A stretch of 64,000 bases of DNA from Prorocentrum cordatum (taxonomy: Eukaryota): NCBI GenBank assembly GCA_963575745.1, contig CAUYUJ010000214.1, forward strand, positions 434,001-498,000, given 5' to 3'. The notes under the pieces were generated by a model. That model was not told the origin of the DNA. It saw only the letters and a list, made by a program, of their open reading frames with translations, and ran no database searches. The translations under genes and the position numbers were made by a program. The number at the start of each line of letters is the position of its first letter. Position 1 is the first letter of the stretch. Shown here piece after piece: positions 46,539 through 60,973 of the stretch.

Positions 46539-48724
46539 CTGGGGGGCTGCGATCTGTGAAACTGTCGCCACTTTCGAGGCCTGCTGGGGGGCCCAGCGCA
46601 GTGGGTACTCACGGCAGACTCAAATGGGACCTCGCCATCCCTGGGGGGCTGCGATCTGTGAAACTGTCGCCACTTTCGAGGCCTGCTGGTGGGCCCAGCA
46701 CAGTGGGTACACACGGCGGATTGAAATTGTACCTCGCCATCCCTGGGGGGCTGCGATCTGTGAAACTGTCGCCACTTTCGAGGCCTGCTGGGGGGGCCCA
46801 GCACAGTGGGTACCCACGGCGGATTCAAATTTGACCTCGCCATCCCTGGGGGGCTGCGATCTGTGAAACTGTCGCCACTTTCGAGGCCTGCTGGGGGGCC
46901 CAGCACAGTGGGTACACACGGCGGACTCAAATGGGACCTCGCCATCCCTGGGGGGCTGCGATTTGTGAAACTGTCGCCACTTTCGAGGCCTGCTGGGAGG
47001 CCCAGCACAGTGGGTACACACCGCGGACTCAAATTAGACCTCGCCATCCCTGGGGGGCTGCGATCTGTGAAACTGTCGTTACTTTCGAGGCCTGCTGGGG
47101 GGCCCAGCACAGTGGGTACACACGGCGGATTGAAATTGTACCTCGCCATCCCTGGGGGGCTGTGATCTGTGAAATTGTCGCCACTTTCGAGGCCTGCTGG
47201 GGGGCCCACCACAGTGGGTACACACGGCGGATTGAAATTGTACCTCGCCATCCCAGGGGGGCTGCGATCTGTGAAATTGTCGCCACTTTCGAGGCCTGCT
47301 GGGGGGCCCAGCACAGTGGGCACACACGGCGGATTCAAATTGGACCTCGCAATCCCTGGGGGGCTGTGATCTGTGAAATTGTCGCCACTTTCGAGGCCTG
47401 CTGGGGGCCCAGCACAGTGGGCACACACAGCGGATTCAAATTAGACCTCGCCATCCCAGGGGGGCTGCGATCTGTGAAACTGGCGCCACTTTCGAGGCCT
47501 GCTGGGGGGGCCAGCACAGTGGGTACACACGGCGGATTCAAATTGGACCTCGCCATCCCTGGGGGGCTGCGATCTGTGAAATTGTCGCCACTTTCGAGGC
47601 CTGCTGGGGGACCCAGCACAGTGGGTACACACCGCGGACTCCAATTAGACCTCGCCATCCCTGGGGGCTGCGATCTGTGAAACTGTCGCCACTTTCGAGG
47701 CCTGTTGGGGGGGCCCAGCACAGTGAGTCCACACCGCGCTCTCAAATTAGACCTCGCCATCCCTGGGTGGCTGCGATGTGTGAAACTGTCGTTACTTTCG
47801 AGGCCTGCTGGGGGGCCCAGCACAGTGGGTACACACCGCGGATTCCAATTAGACCTCGCCATCCCTGGGGGGCTGCGATCTGTGAAACTGTCATTACTTT
47901 CGAGGCCTGCCGGGGGGCTCAACACAGTGGGTACCCACCGCGGACTCCAATTAGACCTCGCCATCCCTGGGGGGCTGCGATCTGTGAAACTGTCGCCACT
48001 TTCGAGCCTGCTGGGGGGCCCAGCACAGTGGGTACACACGGCGGGTTGAAATTGGACCTCGCCATCCCTGGGGGGCTGCGATCTGTGAAACTGTCGCCAC
48101 TTTCGAGGGCTTCTGGGGGGCCCAGCACAGTGGGTACTCACGGCGGACTCAAATGGGACCTCGCCATCCCTGGGGGGCTGCGATCTGTGAAACTGTCGCC
48201 ACTTTCGAGGCCTGCTGGGGGGCCCAGCACAGTGGGTACCCACGGCGGACTCAAATTAGACCTCGCCATCCCTGGGGGGCTGCGATCTGTGAAACTGTCG
48301 CCACTTTCGAGGCCTGCTGGTGGGCCCAGCACAGTGACGCCACGGGCTGACCCAAATTAGACCTCGCCATCCCTGGGGGGCTGCGATCTGTGAAACTGTC
48401 GCCACTTTCGAGGCCTGCTGGGGGCCCAGCACAGTGGGTACTCACCGCAGACCCAAATTAGACCTCGCCATCCCTGGGGGGCTGCGATCTGTGAAACTGT
48501 CGCCACTTTCGAGGGCTGCTGGGGGGCCCAGCACAGTGGGTACCCACCGCAGACTCAATTTAGGCTGCGATCTGTGAAACTGTCGCCACTTTCGAGGCCT
48601 GCTGGGGGGCCCAGCACAGTGACGCCACGCGCGGACCCAAATTAGACCTCGCCATCCCTGGGGGGCTGCGATCTGTGAAACTGTCGCCACTTTCGAGGCC
48701 TGCTGGGGGGCCCAGCACAGTGGG
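46539..48724. repeat. Tandem satellite, 102-bp unit, about 21 copies
   Basis: Unit GGGGGCTGCGATCTGTGAAACTGTCGCCACTTTCGAGGCCTGCTGGGGGGCCCAGCACAGTGGGTAC...GACCTCGCCATCCCTG; period 102 (46547 to 46649). Confidence 0.97.
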
Positions 48725-48979
48725 CTTCCCGCACGTCTTTCTCCTGCTCTTCGTTCCCGACTCCCCATGTCCTCTTCGAGCCTGTAGTTGTCGCCCCTCG
48801 TTCTTGTATGGTTCTCCTGCGCATCATGCCATGGGCACGTGTCCCAAGTAGCTTACATATCAAACAACGGATCCTGCAATTTGATTGTCCATGCAAGTTT
48901 TGGCCAACTCCTCGTTTCCCATGATACAAATGGGTTGGGTACGTCACAGGGTAATTTGTGTGTATTTATTTGTGTGTCC

Positions 48980-49140
48980 CAGGGCCCCATTCAACATCGA
49001 TCGACGGAGCCCACATTGGCTTGCAGCGGGGTGTGGACTCGTTGAGCTCCTCTCTCATCCAGTGCTGGACGTCCCCCACCCTCCTCCTCCTCCCCGAGGC
49101 AGGGTGAAGGAAGCAGAAGTAGGCGAACCTGTCCCGGGCA
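48980..49140 (-). pseudogene. LINE-borne C5 cytosine methyltransferase, N-terminal part (motif I/II-like)
   Basis: YFCFLHPASGRRRRVGDVQHWM...WAPSIDV resembles the LHLFSG.RR.GD...S.D pattern. Confidence 0.65.
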
Positions 49141-49304
49141 GGTCCGAGCGGCGGGGGCTGGGAGGGCAGCGCAGGCGGGGGAGGCGGAGGGGGGGAGGCG
49201 AGGATGCCCGCATCGCCTGCACTCCCGCCGCTGCCGTTGAGCGCGTCCTCCGGCCCATCGCCCCCCAGCGCCGAGACAACCACCGCATGGGGGTCATCAC
49301 CCGA

Positions 49305-49422
49305 GGGGAATACATTATATATATATATATATTTATATATAGTAATATACATACTCTAATACTTCCCCAATAAAATATACAACTTAATAGTATATATTAT
49401 ATAGTATTTATATATTAAAAAA
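49305..49422 (+). mobile_element. Short AT-rich insertion with 18-bp TSD and A-tail (retroposed fragment)
   Basis: ATGGGGGTCATCACCCGA is repeated at 49287-49304 and 49423-49440; the insert ends in TTAAAAAA. Confidence 0.75.
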
Positions 49423-50308
49423 ATGGGGGTCATCACCCGACGCCTCCACGTCGTGCCCGTGTGGCGCAGGGGTCCCAGGAGCCAGCGGGGCGCATCGGGC
49501 AGCACCAGCTCTGTTGCAGCCTCCCTCAGTCTCCGGCTGGTTCCCACCAGCGACCTCCCCCCCACCAGGTCCTTGCGAGCGCACTCCCCGCTCGCATCCA
49601 GGCGTGGGCCCGTCGCCCCCTCATCCTCCAAGACGGGGTCAGCCGCCGCCGTGTCCGAAGCGCGCGGGATCCTGGGACCCTGGACCCAGAACGATGGCAG
49701 GATGGCCTTCTCCCACTAGAACCCTGCAGCTCTGAGTGCCTCGCTGTCCGCCGCATCCTGCTCCTTTGCGGCTATGGCCTGCTCGACTGCGATGGGGAAC
49801 GAGAGGCTCCGCAAGCGCTCTCAGGCAAGTGGCCCTCCTGTGTCTCAGGTGCCGACCTGCTCTCAGCCTGGTGTGGAACTCCGTCATACAGCCCCAGCAC
49901 ACGGATGCAGAGGCGTACCCCTGGGGACGGGCCTGCCCGGGGTGGGCCCTGCACAGGTGCCTCCTTGAGCGCCGGCATGCTCCCACGAAGCTGACCGCAC
50001 TCGTGACACGACGGCCCCCCAGCCTGCTCACTCCTCTTGGGGGCAAGCGGCGGCGGCGGCAGCCCCGCAGAATCCGCCAGCGCACACAGCTCCGTCCTCC
50101 ACGGCACTTTGTGTTGCCCGTCCTCGTGGTGCCAAAAGCGCCTGGGCTTCCGGGCCGCACGCACCGTGGGCTTGAGTTCGCCAGGTGCCGGCCTCGCGAG
50201 ACCCATGGCCTCCGAGAAGGCCTCAGGAGGCCTCTGGCCCCAGGGAGGTGGCACGAATCTGCGCAGGTCTATTTCATCTTGCTCTGTCAGCGAGCTCCAC
50301 GAGTCTAC

Positions 50309-50474
50309 TCACCACCCACCAACCCACCCCAACCCAACCCGAAGGCTCAGATTTACCCTCGATTTCCAGTGGGGAGGTGTCGGGAAACATCGAAAAACAC
50401 ATGTGGAACCCTTACCCCCCCCAACCCGAAATTCGGGTCTTCGGGTTGGGTTGGGGTGGTCTGGTAGGCAGTCA
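50309..50474. mobile_element. MITE family A, copy 1 (about 36-bp imperfect TIRs, TSD TCTAC)
   Basis: CCACCCCAACCCAACCCGAAG...CTTCGGGTTGGGTTGGGGTGG; TCTAC at 50304-50308 and 50475-50479. Confidence 0.9.
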
Positions 50475-53400
50475 TCTACCTGGTCCACCTGCATACGTAT
50501 CTAGCAGCCAAAGTAGGTGCTCTGGCACGTGCCTCGGCAGGCGGGGTACGTATGTCAGCCGCCTGTACCAGAGCAGGGCCTCAAAGGGGGCCTTGTCGGC
50601 CCCAAGAGGCACTGCTTCCGTAGGCGGGCTCACCAACTCTCTCGAATCCGACGAGAACTCCACGTTCTGTGCCTTCCTGGAGATGTCTGTGTGGCAAAAG
50701 GTGAGGCTGTCGTCCAAGCCTTCGTCCTAAGCTCTGGGCAGACCTCGCAGTTGAACAGCAGCCTCGACGCGGCCAGGGCGTCCGCAAGAATGGTGTTCGG
50801 CCGAAGGGGAAGACTGGGCGCTCGAAAGACCGCCTGGGACCGACGGTAGGCCAGCTCCGGGCCCATGCCCAGGGCTGCAGAGACCTTGGTGCCCAGAGTT
50901 TTTCCCGACCGTACTAGGGCAACGTGCTGCCCAAGTCGTGGTAGCCAGACCTTTCCCCCCCTTCGCTCAATGGACAGCTCGCTTTCCACGGTCCGCTTCT
51001 GGGCCCCCCTGACATCCACCAGCACCTTGGCTTTGTCATTCACAAAGCTGTAGCGTAGCCCAGCCTTGGCCGCTTTCTCAACAAGAGTCATGGCAACCGG
51101 GCTGATGTTGGCAGCCAGGGCAAGGCTGGAGCTCGCAACGCAAGGGAACGTGGCGTCGTCACAGTAGGTCATGTCTTCCAGCTCGCCGCTACCCGCCTGC
51201 ACCTGGAGAAAGGCGCCTGCCTGCAACCCAGCATCGAGCTCCAAGAGAAGGCCCAACTCCCCAAGCCCAGACCTGATGCGCTCCATGACCCCCCTACAAA
51301 GATAATGTTATAGAGGAGGTCCTCCAGCGCGTTGCCTGGCCTTGACCCATTCCTCGCGAGGGCGACTCTTGAGGGATCCCCCACCATGAACCACACCGCC
51401 CTCTGCGACTCCGTCAACTGCGACGCTAGGTGCGCTGGCACCGTGCCCTCCAATGCAGGGGGATACTCAAGGGCTAGCTCGAGCGCAGGCACCATCCACT
51501 CAGGAATATCAGTGTGGGCGATGAGGTCCCTACGATCCTCGGGGCTGGAGGGGAGGGAGAGGACAAAATCTCTGACCATCCTGTAGAAGGCGCTCACCAC
51601 ATGGGGATGAGCGAGGTGCGCCTGGTGGCCCGCATCTGCTGGAGGAAGGAGAGAAGAGTGTGGATGGAGAAGGCGGTTCCTCGCCCTGGCACACCTCCAC
51701 ATCATTGGGTGTCCTTCGAATGCCACTTTACAAACTCCGCCATACACTCCCTCAAAAACGAGTAGTGAACCTTCGGCACCACCCTGTTCAGAGCAGCTGA
51801 CCTGTAGTGCTCTCTCACCGACCAGGACCCCTTACCCTTGTAGATGCCGCAGGCCTCCGCCCCTTTGAAAGACGCAGGCTCTACTCCCCCAAGCTGACCT
51901 TAACTCGCAGCGGATGGATGACTGTCGCCATCTGCCCTGGCGCCGCTCGCATCGCATCGAACGTGAGACCGTCAGGCCCCCCAGCCTTCAACCTGGGCAG
52001 TCTCCTAAATTTGTCGGCAAGCCACCTGCGGGTCGGGACTTATTCAAGATGCCGCTCATGAGCCAACGGCAGGCACCTCTCGAGCGGCTCGAACATCCCT
52101 CGGAGCTCTCCCGAACGTACTACCCTGGCCCCCCTCCGTTTGCATAAGCGTGTCAAAGAGCAGCTTGTCCCATTGTTCTTTGGACCTCACAGGGTTGCCT
52201 TCGGCGTCAACCCTTCTCGGGAGGGCGTCTCCACCCATGTACTTAGTTGGCGCCCACCCCCCATACCTGAGCAATCGCCTGAGACCTCACCACTCAGCGT
52301 CTGGATCTCGCCTATTGCCCGCAGCGGTCACTTCCTCCGAATCGGAGTAGTGGCCTATGACAATGGAGCTTGGAGGGAGGGTTTATTCCAGCATCGTTGA
52401 TGACTCTTGGGTTTACACTGGTCCTCCTCCTCCTCCTCCTCCTCCTCCTCCTCCTCCTCCTCCTCCTCCTCCTCCTCCTCCTCCTTCTCTTCCTCCAGCC
52501 GACGCAATGCGGACAGGCCCCACGGACCCTCTGGCCAAGGGCCTCAGGAGGTCCGTCCTTTCTGGGCCAAGCCCAATCGTGGGGGTCCCAGGTCCTGGAG
52601 GCCAGAGTTCGGCGAGAGCGCAGGGACTGGGATTCCCGTCTGCACGCCGCCCCTTCGGCAGGGTCCCGCCTGGAGAGGGAGCTCTGCGGAGACGAAGCTC
52701 GGCGGCGCCCGCAATGGGGGGAGGGTGCGAAGGGGGGGGGGCTTCTGAGAGGGTGGCAGGGCTTCGAAGAAGGTGGGGGGTGGGGCTTCGTGAAAGCCCG
52801 CCCAGTCCGCTGTGAAGCCTTCTTAGAAAAGGGGCCTTCCCTGCCTTCTAAGAAGCCCCCCCGCCTTTTCACAAGGCCGCCCCCCTGGTGCCACCCCCCT
52901 GGCAGGAGCTCCGGGAGGAGGAGAGAGAGCCCCGCACGGCCGCCAGACGGCCCAAGACGGCCCCCCAGGGGGGCCTCAAGACGGCCCTCGGGGGCCCCAA
53001 GGCGGCCTGGGAGGCCCCCCAGGGCGAGCCCAAGAGGCCCCCCCCCCAGGAGGGGCAGCATTTGCGGCCCTCCGCCCCCCGAGGCGGCCCGTCAGCCCAA
53101 AGGAGGCCCCCCAGGGAAGCCTCGGGAGGCCCCCAGGAGGCCCCCCCCTCCTCTCCTCCTACTCCTCTTCTTTTCCTCCTCCTCTTCTTCCCTCCTTCTC
53201 CTCCTCCTCCTCCTCCTCCGCCTCCTCCTCCTCCTCCTCCTCCTCCCTCTCTCCTCCCCTCCTCCTCCTCCTCCTCCTCCTCCTCCTCCTCCTCCTCGTT
53301 CCTCCTCCTCCTCCTCCCTCCTCCTCCTCTCCTCCTTCCTCCTCCTCCTCCTCCTCCTCCTCCTCCTCCCACTTGTTTAACGTTGTGTGATCGAGACCTT

Positions 53401-54739
53401 GCGTTTCAAACGAGTTTTTGTTTGCCTCCTCTCCCTCCTCCTCCCTCCTCCGCCTCCTCCTCCTCCTCCTCCTCCTCCTCCTCCTCCTCCTCCTCCTCCT
53501 CTCCTCTCCTCTCCCCTCCTCCCCTCCCCTCCCCTCCCCCTCCCCTCCCCCCCTCCCCCTCCTCCTCCTCCCCTCCTCCTTCCTCCTCCTCCTCTCCTCC
53601 TCTCCTCGTATTCCTCTCCTCCTCCTCCTCCTCCTCCTCCTCCTCCTCCTCCTCCTCCTCTCGAGAGGCCAGGGCACCCCCCAATGGCACGAGCTCGGAG
53701 CCGAAACGACGCCGACGCCGCGGCCCGTCCCTCGTCGCTGGGGCTGGGCGCGCCTAGGGATCCGTGGCCAGAACGCGCCCAGGGAGAGGTCCCGGGGTAC
53801 GGGGGGGGGCCAGTCCACAAGAAGCCTTCCACAAGATGCCCAGCCCTGAGACCCCACGACGTCCCTTGATTTTTGGTGTGGGGAGGCCACGCTTGCGATA
53901 GCAAAACCATCGGGACCCAGGGAACCCAGGGCACCCTGGAAGCAAGCAGGGCGTTTCTTGGCATGGGCCCCTCGTATCTTTCTTTCTGCTCCTCGTGCGC
54001 CTCAGCTCTCGGAGGTCCGCGCGGATGTCTCGTGTCGGCGCTGGGGCCCTCGGGGCGGCGCCTCCGGCGCCGCCCTTAACGCGCTCCGTGCCGGTCCAAG
54101 ATATCCGCGCGGACCTCTGACAATCCCAGACATGATCGCGTCTGAAAATCAGGACGGAGTTGGTGTTCGCAATTTTAGGCCTCCAGAGGCCCTCGCCGGG
54201 CCCTGGGACCATCAAAAAACGCTTCAGGATGAAAAAACGGCCCCAGGGAAAGGGTCTGGACTTCGGGGACGCCGTCCTACAAAAATGAGGACGTCGCATG
54301 TCTGGGATAAATGCTTACTTATATGTTTCGGAGGTTGACAGACCTCCTACTCTGACGCGTCGATTAAGGAATTGGCCGTTTTCGGTTCGCGAGAGGGCGT
54401 CACGGCCGCTATTTTTGCGGGTCCAGGTCCGTCGGTTTCGGTCCTTGGTCGTTTTCGCTAAGGGGAGGTTCGCTAAAGGGAGGCTTGTCCACCGCCGAAT
54501 GTTTGGTCACAGCATACCTTACGCATCCACCGTACGATAGCTGATTGCTTTGGGCCCGTGCTGGTAAACACAACGAAATCCGCGCAGACCTTCGAAAGTC
54601 TATGTTTATGTTGATGCGCCTGCCTCCAGGAGCGGGAGGCCAAGGAGAAGGCGCGGGTGGCGTCCAAGGAGACCTGGGCGGCCCGCGACCGCGACGTCGA
54701 CGCGCGCTTGGGCACTCTTTCTGTTGGCGCCGCGCGCAG

Positions 54740-55840
54740 TCCTCCTCCCCTTCCTCCTCCTCCTCCTCCTCCTCCTCCTCCTCCTCTCCTCCTCCTCCTC
54801 CTCCTCCTACTCCTCCTCCTCCTCCTCCTCCTCCTCCTCCCTCCTCCTCCTCCTCCTCCTCCTCCTTCTCTCCTCCCTCTACCCTCCTCTCCTCCCCCTC
54901 CTCCTCCTCCTCCTCTACCCCCTTCCTCCCTTCCTCCCTCCTCCTCCTCCTCCTCCTCCCCTCCTCCTCCTCCTCCTCCTCCTCCTCCTCCTCCTCCTCT
55001 TCCTCCTCCTCCTCCTCCTCCTCATCCCTCCTCCCTCCTCCTCCTTTCCCTCCTCCTCCTCCTCCTCCTCCTCCTCCTCCTCCTCCCTCCTCCTCCTCCT
55101 CCTCCTGCCTCCTCCCCCTCTCCCTCCTCCTCTTTCCTCCTCCTCCTCCCTCCTCCTCCTCCTCCTCCTCGCCCCTCCCCTCGCCCTCCTCCTCCCCTCC
55201 TCCTCCTCCTCCTCCTCCTGCCTCCTCCTCCTCCTCCTCCTCCTCCTCCTCTTCCTCTCCCTACTCCTCCCTCCTCCTCCTCCTCCTCCTCCTCCTCCTC
55301 CTCCTCCTCCTCCCCTCACTCCTCCTCCTCCTCCTCCTCCTCCTCCTCCTCCTCCTCCCCTCTCCCCTCCCCTCCTCCTCCTCCTCCTCCTCCTCCTCCT
55401 CTCCTCCTCCTCCTCCTCCTCCTCCTCCTCCTCTCCCCTCCTCCTCCTCCTCCTCCTCCCTCCTCCTCGCCTCTCCCTCGCCCTCCTCCTCCTCCTCCTC
55501 CTCCTCCTCCTCCTCCTCCTCCTCCTCCTCCTCCTCCTCCCTTCCTCTCCCTCCTCCTCCTCCTCTCCTCCTCCCTCCTCCCTCCTCCTCCTCCTCCTCC
55601 TCCTCCTCCTCCTCCTCCTCCTCTCCCTCCCCTCCTCCTCCTCCTCCTCCTCCTCCTCCTCCTCCTCCTCTCCTCCTCCTCCCTCTGTCCCTCCTCCTCC
55701 TCCTCCTCCTCCTCCTCCTCACCTCCGTTCCCTCCTCCTCCTCCTTTCCCTCCTACTCCTCCTCCTCCTCCTCCTCCTCCTCCTCTCCTCCTCCTCCTCC
55801 TCCTCCTCCTCCTCCTCGCCCTCTCCCTCTCCCTCCTCCT
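54740..55840. repeat. 1.1-kb degenerate (CCT)n tract
   Basis: Direct inspection. Confidence 0.95.
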
Positions 55841-56164
55841 GCGCCAGGGGGCGGCCTTCTATGGCGCCCGGGGGAGAGGGGGTCGAAAGTGCCGGGGGCC
55901 TTCTTAGAAGCCGTCCCGGCCCCTGAGAGAGGCAGGCGCAAGGCTTCCTGGGCCCTCTGAGGAGGCCTTCGGCGTCCGAGCGCCAGCCCCTGGTGCGCGC
56001 CGCCAGTCCTCCCGGACGTCCAGCAAGGCGCCGGGCGCAGACCTCCCAAGCCTCCACGAGCCTGCGGGCGAGCTGCCCCTGGGGCCCAGGCCTCGGGGGG
56101 GCCGCGCGGCGCAGTGGGCCTCGCGGTGGGCCTCGCGCCCCCTCGCCGAGCAGGAGGCCCCTCG

Positions 56165-57913
<1,749 letters not shown>

Positions 57914-58370
57914 CGACGCGCTGATGGCTCTGCCACAGTCGCGGGCCAGGGGGGTAAGAGGAGGACGAGGAGGACCCTCGGGTCAGGGAGCAGTGGTGGT
58001 CAGAGGCAGGCATCATCTTCTGGGCCTCCCAGGTGGGGTCGGAGTAGATGTCGGAGGAGAACGAGGTACCGCTACCGCTACCGTTCTCTCGTTTTCCTCT
58101 TTACGGGCCTCCTGGGAGGCCCTCGTCACCACGGCTGCATTCGCCTCGGAATTCTGGTCAGAGCGCACCCCGGGAGAGGTCCGGGGAGTAGCGGTATCGG
58201 TGCCGCTTGGGTTGCCCAAGAGGAGGTCTTTCAGATAGGCTCGGCATCGCTTGGACGTGTGCCTTTTTTCTCGGCGAGGACCATCGAGGAGCATCCTGGA
58301 TCATCCTGCGAAAAAATAAGCGCACGACGCCGAACAGTGCACGGGGACTGGGTGTCCGAGCGATGACAAG

Positions 58371-58576
58371 TGGGGTCGGAGTATAGATGAGCCCGGAGGA
58401 TCGCGCCGCATCGCCGATGTACCGGCGATGCGGCTCCATGTGGGGTCCGATTTTCTTCACGCTGGTGTCGCTGATGCATCGCGGTCGTCGCCGACGCATC
58501 GTCGACGCATCGGCGATTCATCGCCGACGCATCGGCGATGCGGAGCGATCCTCCGACCCCATCTGCTCGGACCCCA
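58371..58576. mobile_element. Foldback/TIR element, about 47-bp imperfect inverted ends
   Basis: TGGGGTCGGAGTAGATG..CGGAGGATCGC.CCGCATCGCCGATG and its inverse; a further partial end lies at about 58022-58050. Confidence 0.55.
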
Positions 58577-59036
58577 TCCAGGAGGCCTCCACACATGTAC
58601 GTACGCACACGCGGCCAGCTTCTGCTGGCCTGCGGTGGACCGCGGCCCTTCGTGCAATGCGGCACCGCGGAGGGCGCACACGGACATGGGGCTGTCTGCT
58701 CTCACGGATGGGGGAGGGGCTCGGGGTGGGGATCGTGGCTCGTGGGCTCGGGGGCCGAGGAGGGGGAGGAGGAGGAGGAGGAGGAGGAGGAGGAGGAGGA
58801 GGAGGAGGAGGAGGAGGAGGAGGACGAGGAGGAGGAGGAGGAGGAGGAGGAGGACGAGGAGGACGAGGACGAGGAGGAGGAGGAGGAGGAGGAGGAGAAA
58901 GAGGAGAAAGAGGAGAAAGAAAAGGAGGCGGAGGTTCTTTTGTTTGCATCTCGTTCGGGGTACACTCCCGACACTGTTTTTTTAAGTAGTGAAGTCAAGC
59001 AGGGTACGGCGGACTCGAAGTCAGGGCTCGGGATTA

Positions 59037-59204
59037 TCACCACCCACCAAACCACCCCAACCCAACCCGAAGGCTCAGATTTACCCTCGATTTCCAGTGG
59101 GGGGGGGGTCGGGAAACATCGAAGAAACACATGTGGAACCCTTACCCCCCCCAACCCGAAATTCGGGTCTTCGGGTTGGGTTGGGGTGGTCTGGTAGGTA
59201 GTCA
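59037..59204. mobile_element. MITE family A, copy 2 (TSD GATTA)
   Basis: Near-identical to 50309-50474; GATTA at 59032-59036 and 59205-59209. Confidence 0.9.
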
Positions 59205-60973
59205 GATTACGGGCGGGCCCTCGGGAGAGGCTCGGGACTGCCAGGGACCCAGTACTCCACAAGTCAAGACCACGGGCTGTCGGTCGGAGTCCGGGCGCCC
59301 GTCTCGTGACTCCGCCGGGGGCTCCAGCTGCTGGGCCCCAGCTTGGGGACGAGCTGTTCCTTTCGGGGGCAGCGGCAGGGAGAGATAAGTCTAGACGCTT
59401 CGCGCAACCCCGCAAGCAGGTGGTACACCCTTTGCCCGACTGTCGACGTTCCCCCCTGCTGGTCCACCACGGTCCCCGATTGACGCACGCCGCTTGGTTC
59501 CCCCGTCCAGCGTGATGGATAAGCAGCCTGCGTTGTTCGCCGACGACGTAGTCCACCTCTGGGCTGGAGCCACCATCGTGCTCCTGGTACTGGACAAGTG
59601 GTTCATTCTTTGACAGTACTCATGCTCTCCTACGGGTTGGACCACGACGTTAGGCCACGCCTGCTGCCGTTCCCCCGACACTCCGGGTCAGGCAGACTAG
59701 GTTCGGACTCCGCGGCTGCATCGACGTCAGTGCATTGGTCAATGGCTCACGTCGGATCGCGCCCAGATGTCCAAGTGAGTGAGGCTTACCCGGCCACCCC
59801 TCTTCTGCCCGCGCTTTCCCCGCTCTCTCGCCTCGCAGTGGTGAGCGGTGCGGCCTCACGTGCCCACTGTCCCGCCAGTTGGCTGGTCGGCCCTTGCCTG
59901 CGCTCTCTGGACTGCACGGTTTGAGCTGGCGCCATTGTGCGACTTCTCTCCGTCTGCTCCAGTCTGGTGCTTGCGTCCCCGTCTCGGGTCGCTCGCATCT
60001 TAATGGGGGGCATTTTGCCTCTTGCAGGTGCACTTGTTGCGGCGGCCTAAGCGCCTTCGTAACTAATTATCTCGCCTGTGCCCCAGACGTGCTTGCCCCG
60101 CGTCCTGGACTTGTCCTTGGAACCGCCAATCAAACAAGGAACCCCGCAAGCCCATCCGGACACGACGCCCATACGAGTTGCCCGTATCAGGGATGTACGG
60201 GGGTCGAGGAGCACGCAGTGGAATGCAAGGCTGGGTCAGACGTCATAACCCCAAGAGGGGGAGGATGGAAGAGGAATTGGAGAAAGAGGAGTAGGGCAGG
60301 AGGATTGGGAGGGGGGGGGAGGGAGGAGGGAGGATGAGGAATAGGCGGAGGAGGAGGAGGAGGAAGAGGAGGAGGAGGAGGAGGAGGAGGAGGAGGAGGA
60401 GGAGGAGGAGGAGGAGTGCGAGCAGGAAAGCCAGGGACCTCTCGGATGCCGCTCGGAGTCTCTTCAGATGCTCCTTGAGAGTTCCTTGCGATCTTCTTGG
60501 GGCGTCAGGGGGGCCTCTTGGCGGCCTCGGAGGCCTCTGAGAGCGTTTTCGCGGCCTCAGGGGAGCCTCTTGGGGCATCATAAGGGGGTCTCTCGGCGGC
60601 CTGTCGGGGACCTATTGGGGGCCTCTTGGGGCCTCCTGGGGCCTCCTGGGCGCCTCTTGGGTCACGCTTGGGAGTCTTGGGACCATCTGGGAGGAGGAGA
60701 TCGGCCAAAGAAGGGGCGGTAGTAAATTAGCCCCCCCCCCCTCCCAAGGAAGCCAAAGTTGGTCCGAACCCTTCGTAAACTCAATGATTCGTGGCGTCTC
60801 GCCGAGGCCATCCTGGACGCTCCAACGACCCGCGGTTCCGTCCCGTCAAGTTGCAGCGGAAGGGGGGTGAGGCGATGGGCGAGCCTTTTCCCGAATGGGG
60901 GACGAGGGACACCGGAAGAGAACACTCGCCAAACCACTCACGCCCAGAGGGCTGGTGGGAGTAGGCAGTCTCA

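Larger units (their letters stand above)
45560..52400 (-). mobile_element. Decayed non-LTR (LINE) retrotransposon, RT - zinc fingers - C5 DNA methyltransferase, with nested insertions
   Basis: On the minus strand: KAGGPDG (about 51975), SAFYR, GSRPGNALEDLLYN, YCDD (51155-51166), SRLLFN; then CHECG and CWGC..FHTR...HL fingers (about 49830-50010); then DNMT motifs. Many stops and frameshifts. Confidence 0.85.

Noticed and set aside
46539..48724. Satellite as a CRISPR array or repeat-protein gene
   Set aside because: The variable part differs only by point substitutions rather than unique spacers, and no cas genes are present. The ORFs arise because 102 is a multiple of 3, and single-base indels break them.
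59210..60240. Cys/His-rich fragments resembling LINE C-terminal knuckles
   Set aside because: Too degraded, with hints on both strands; cannot support a call.
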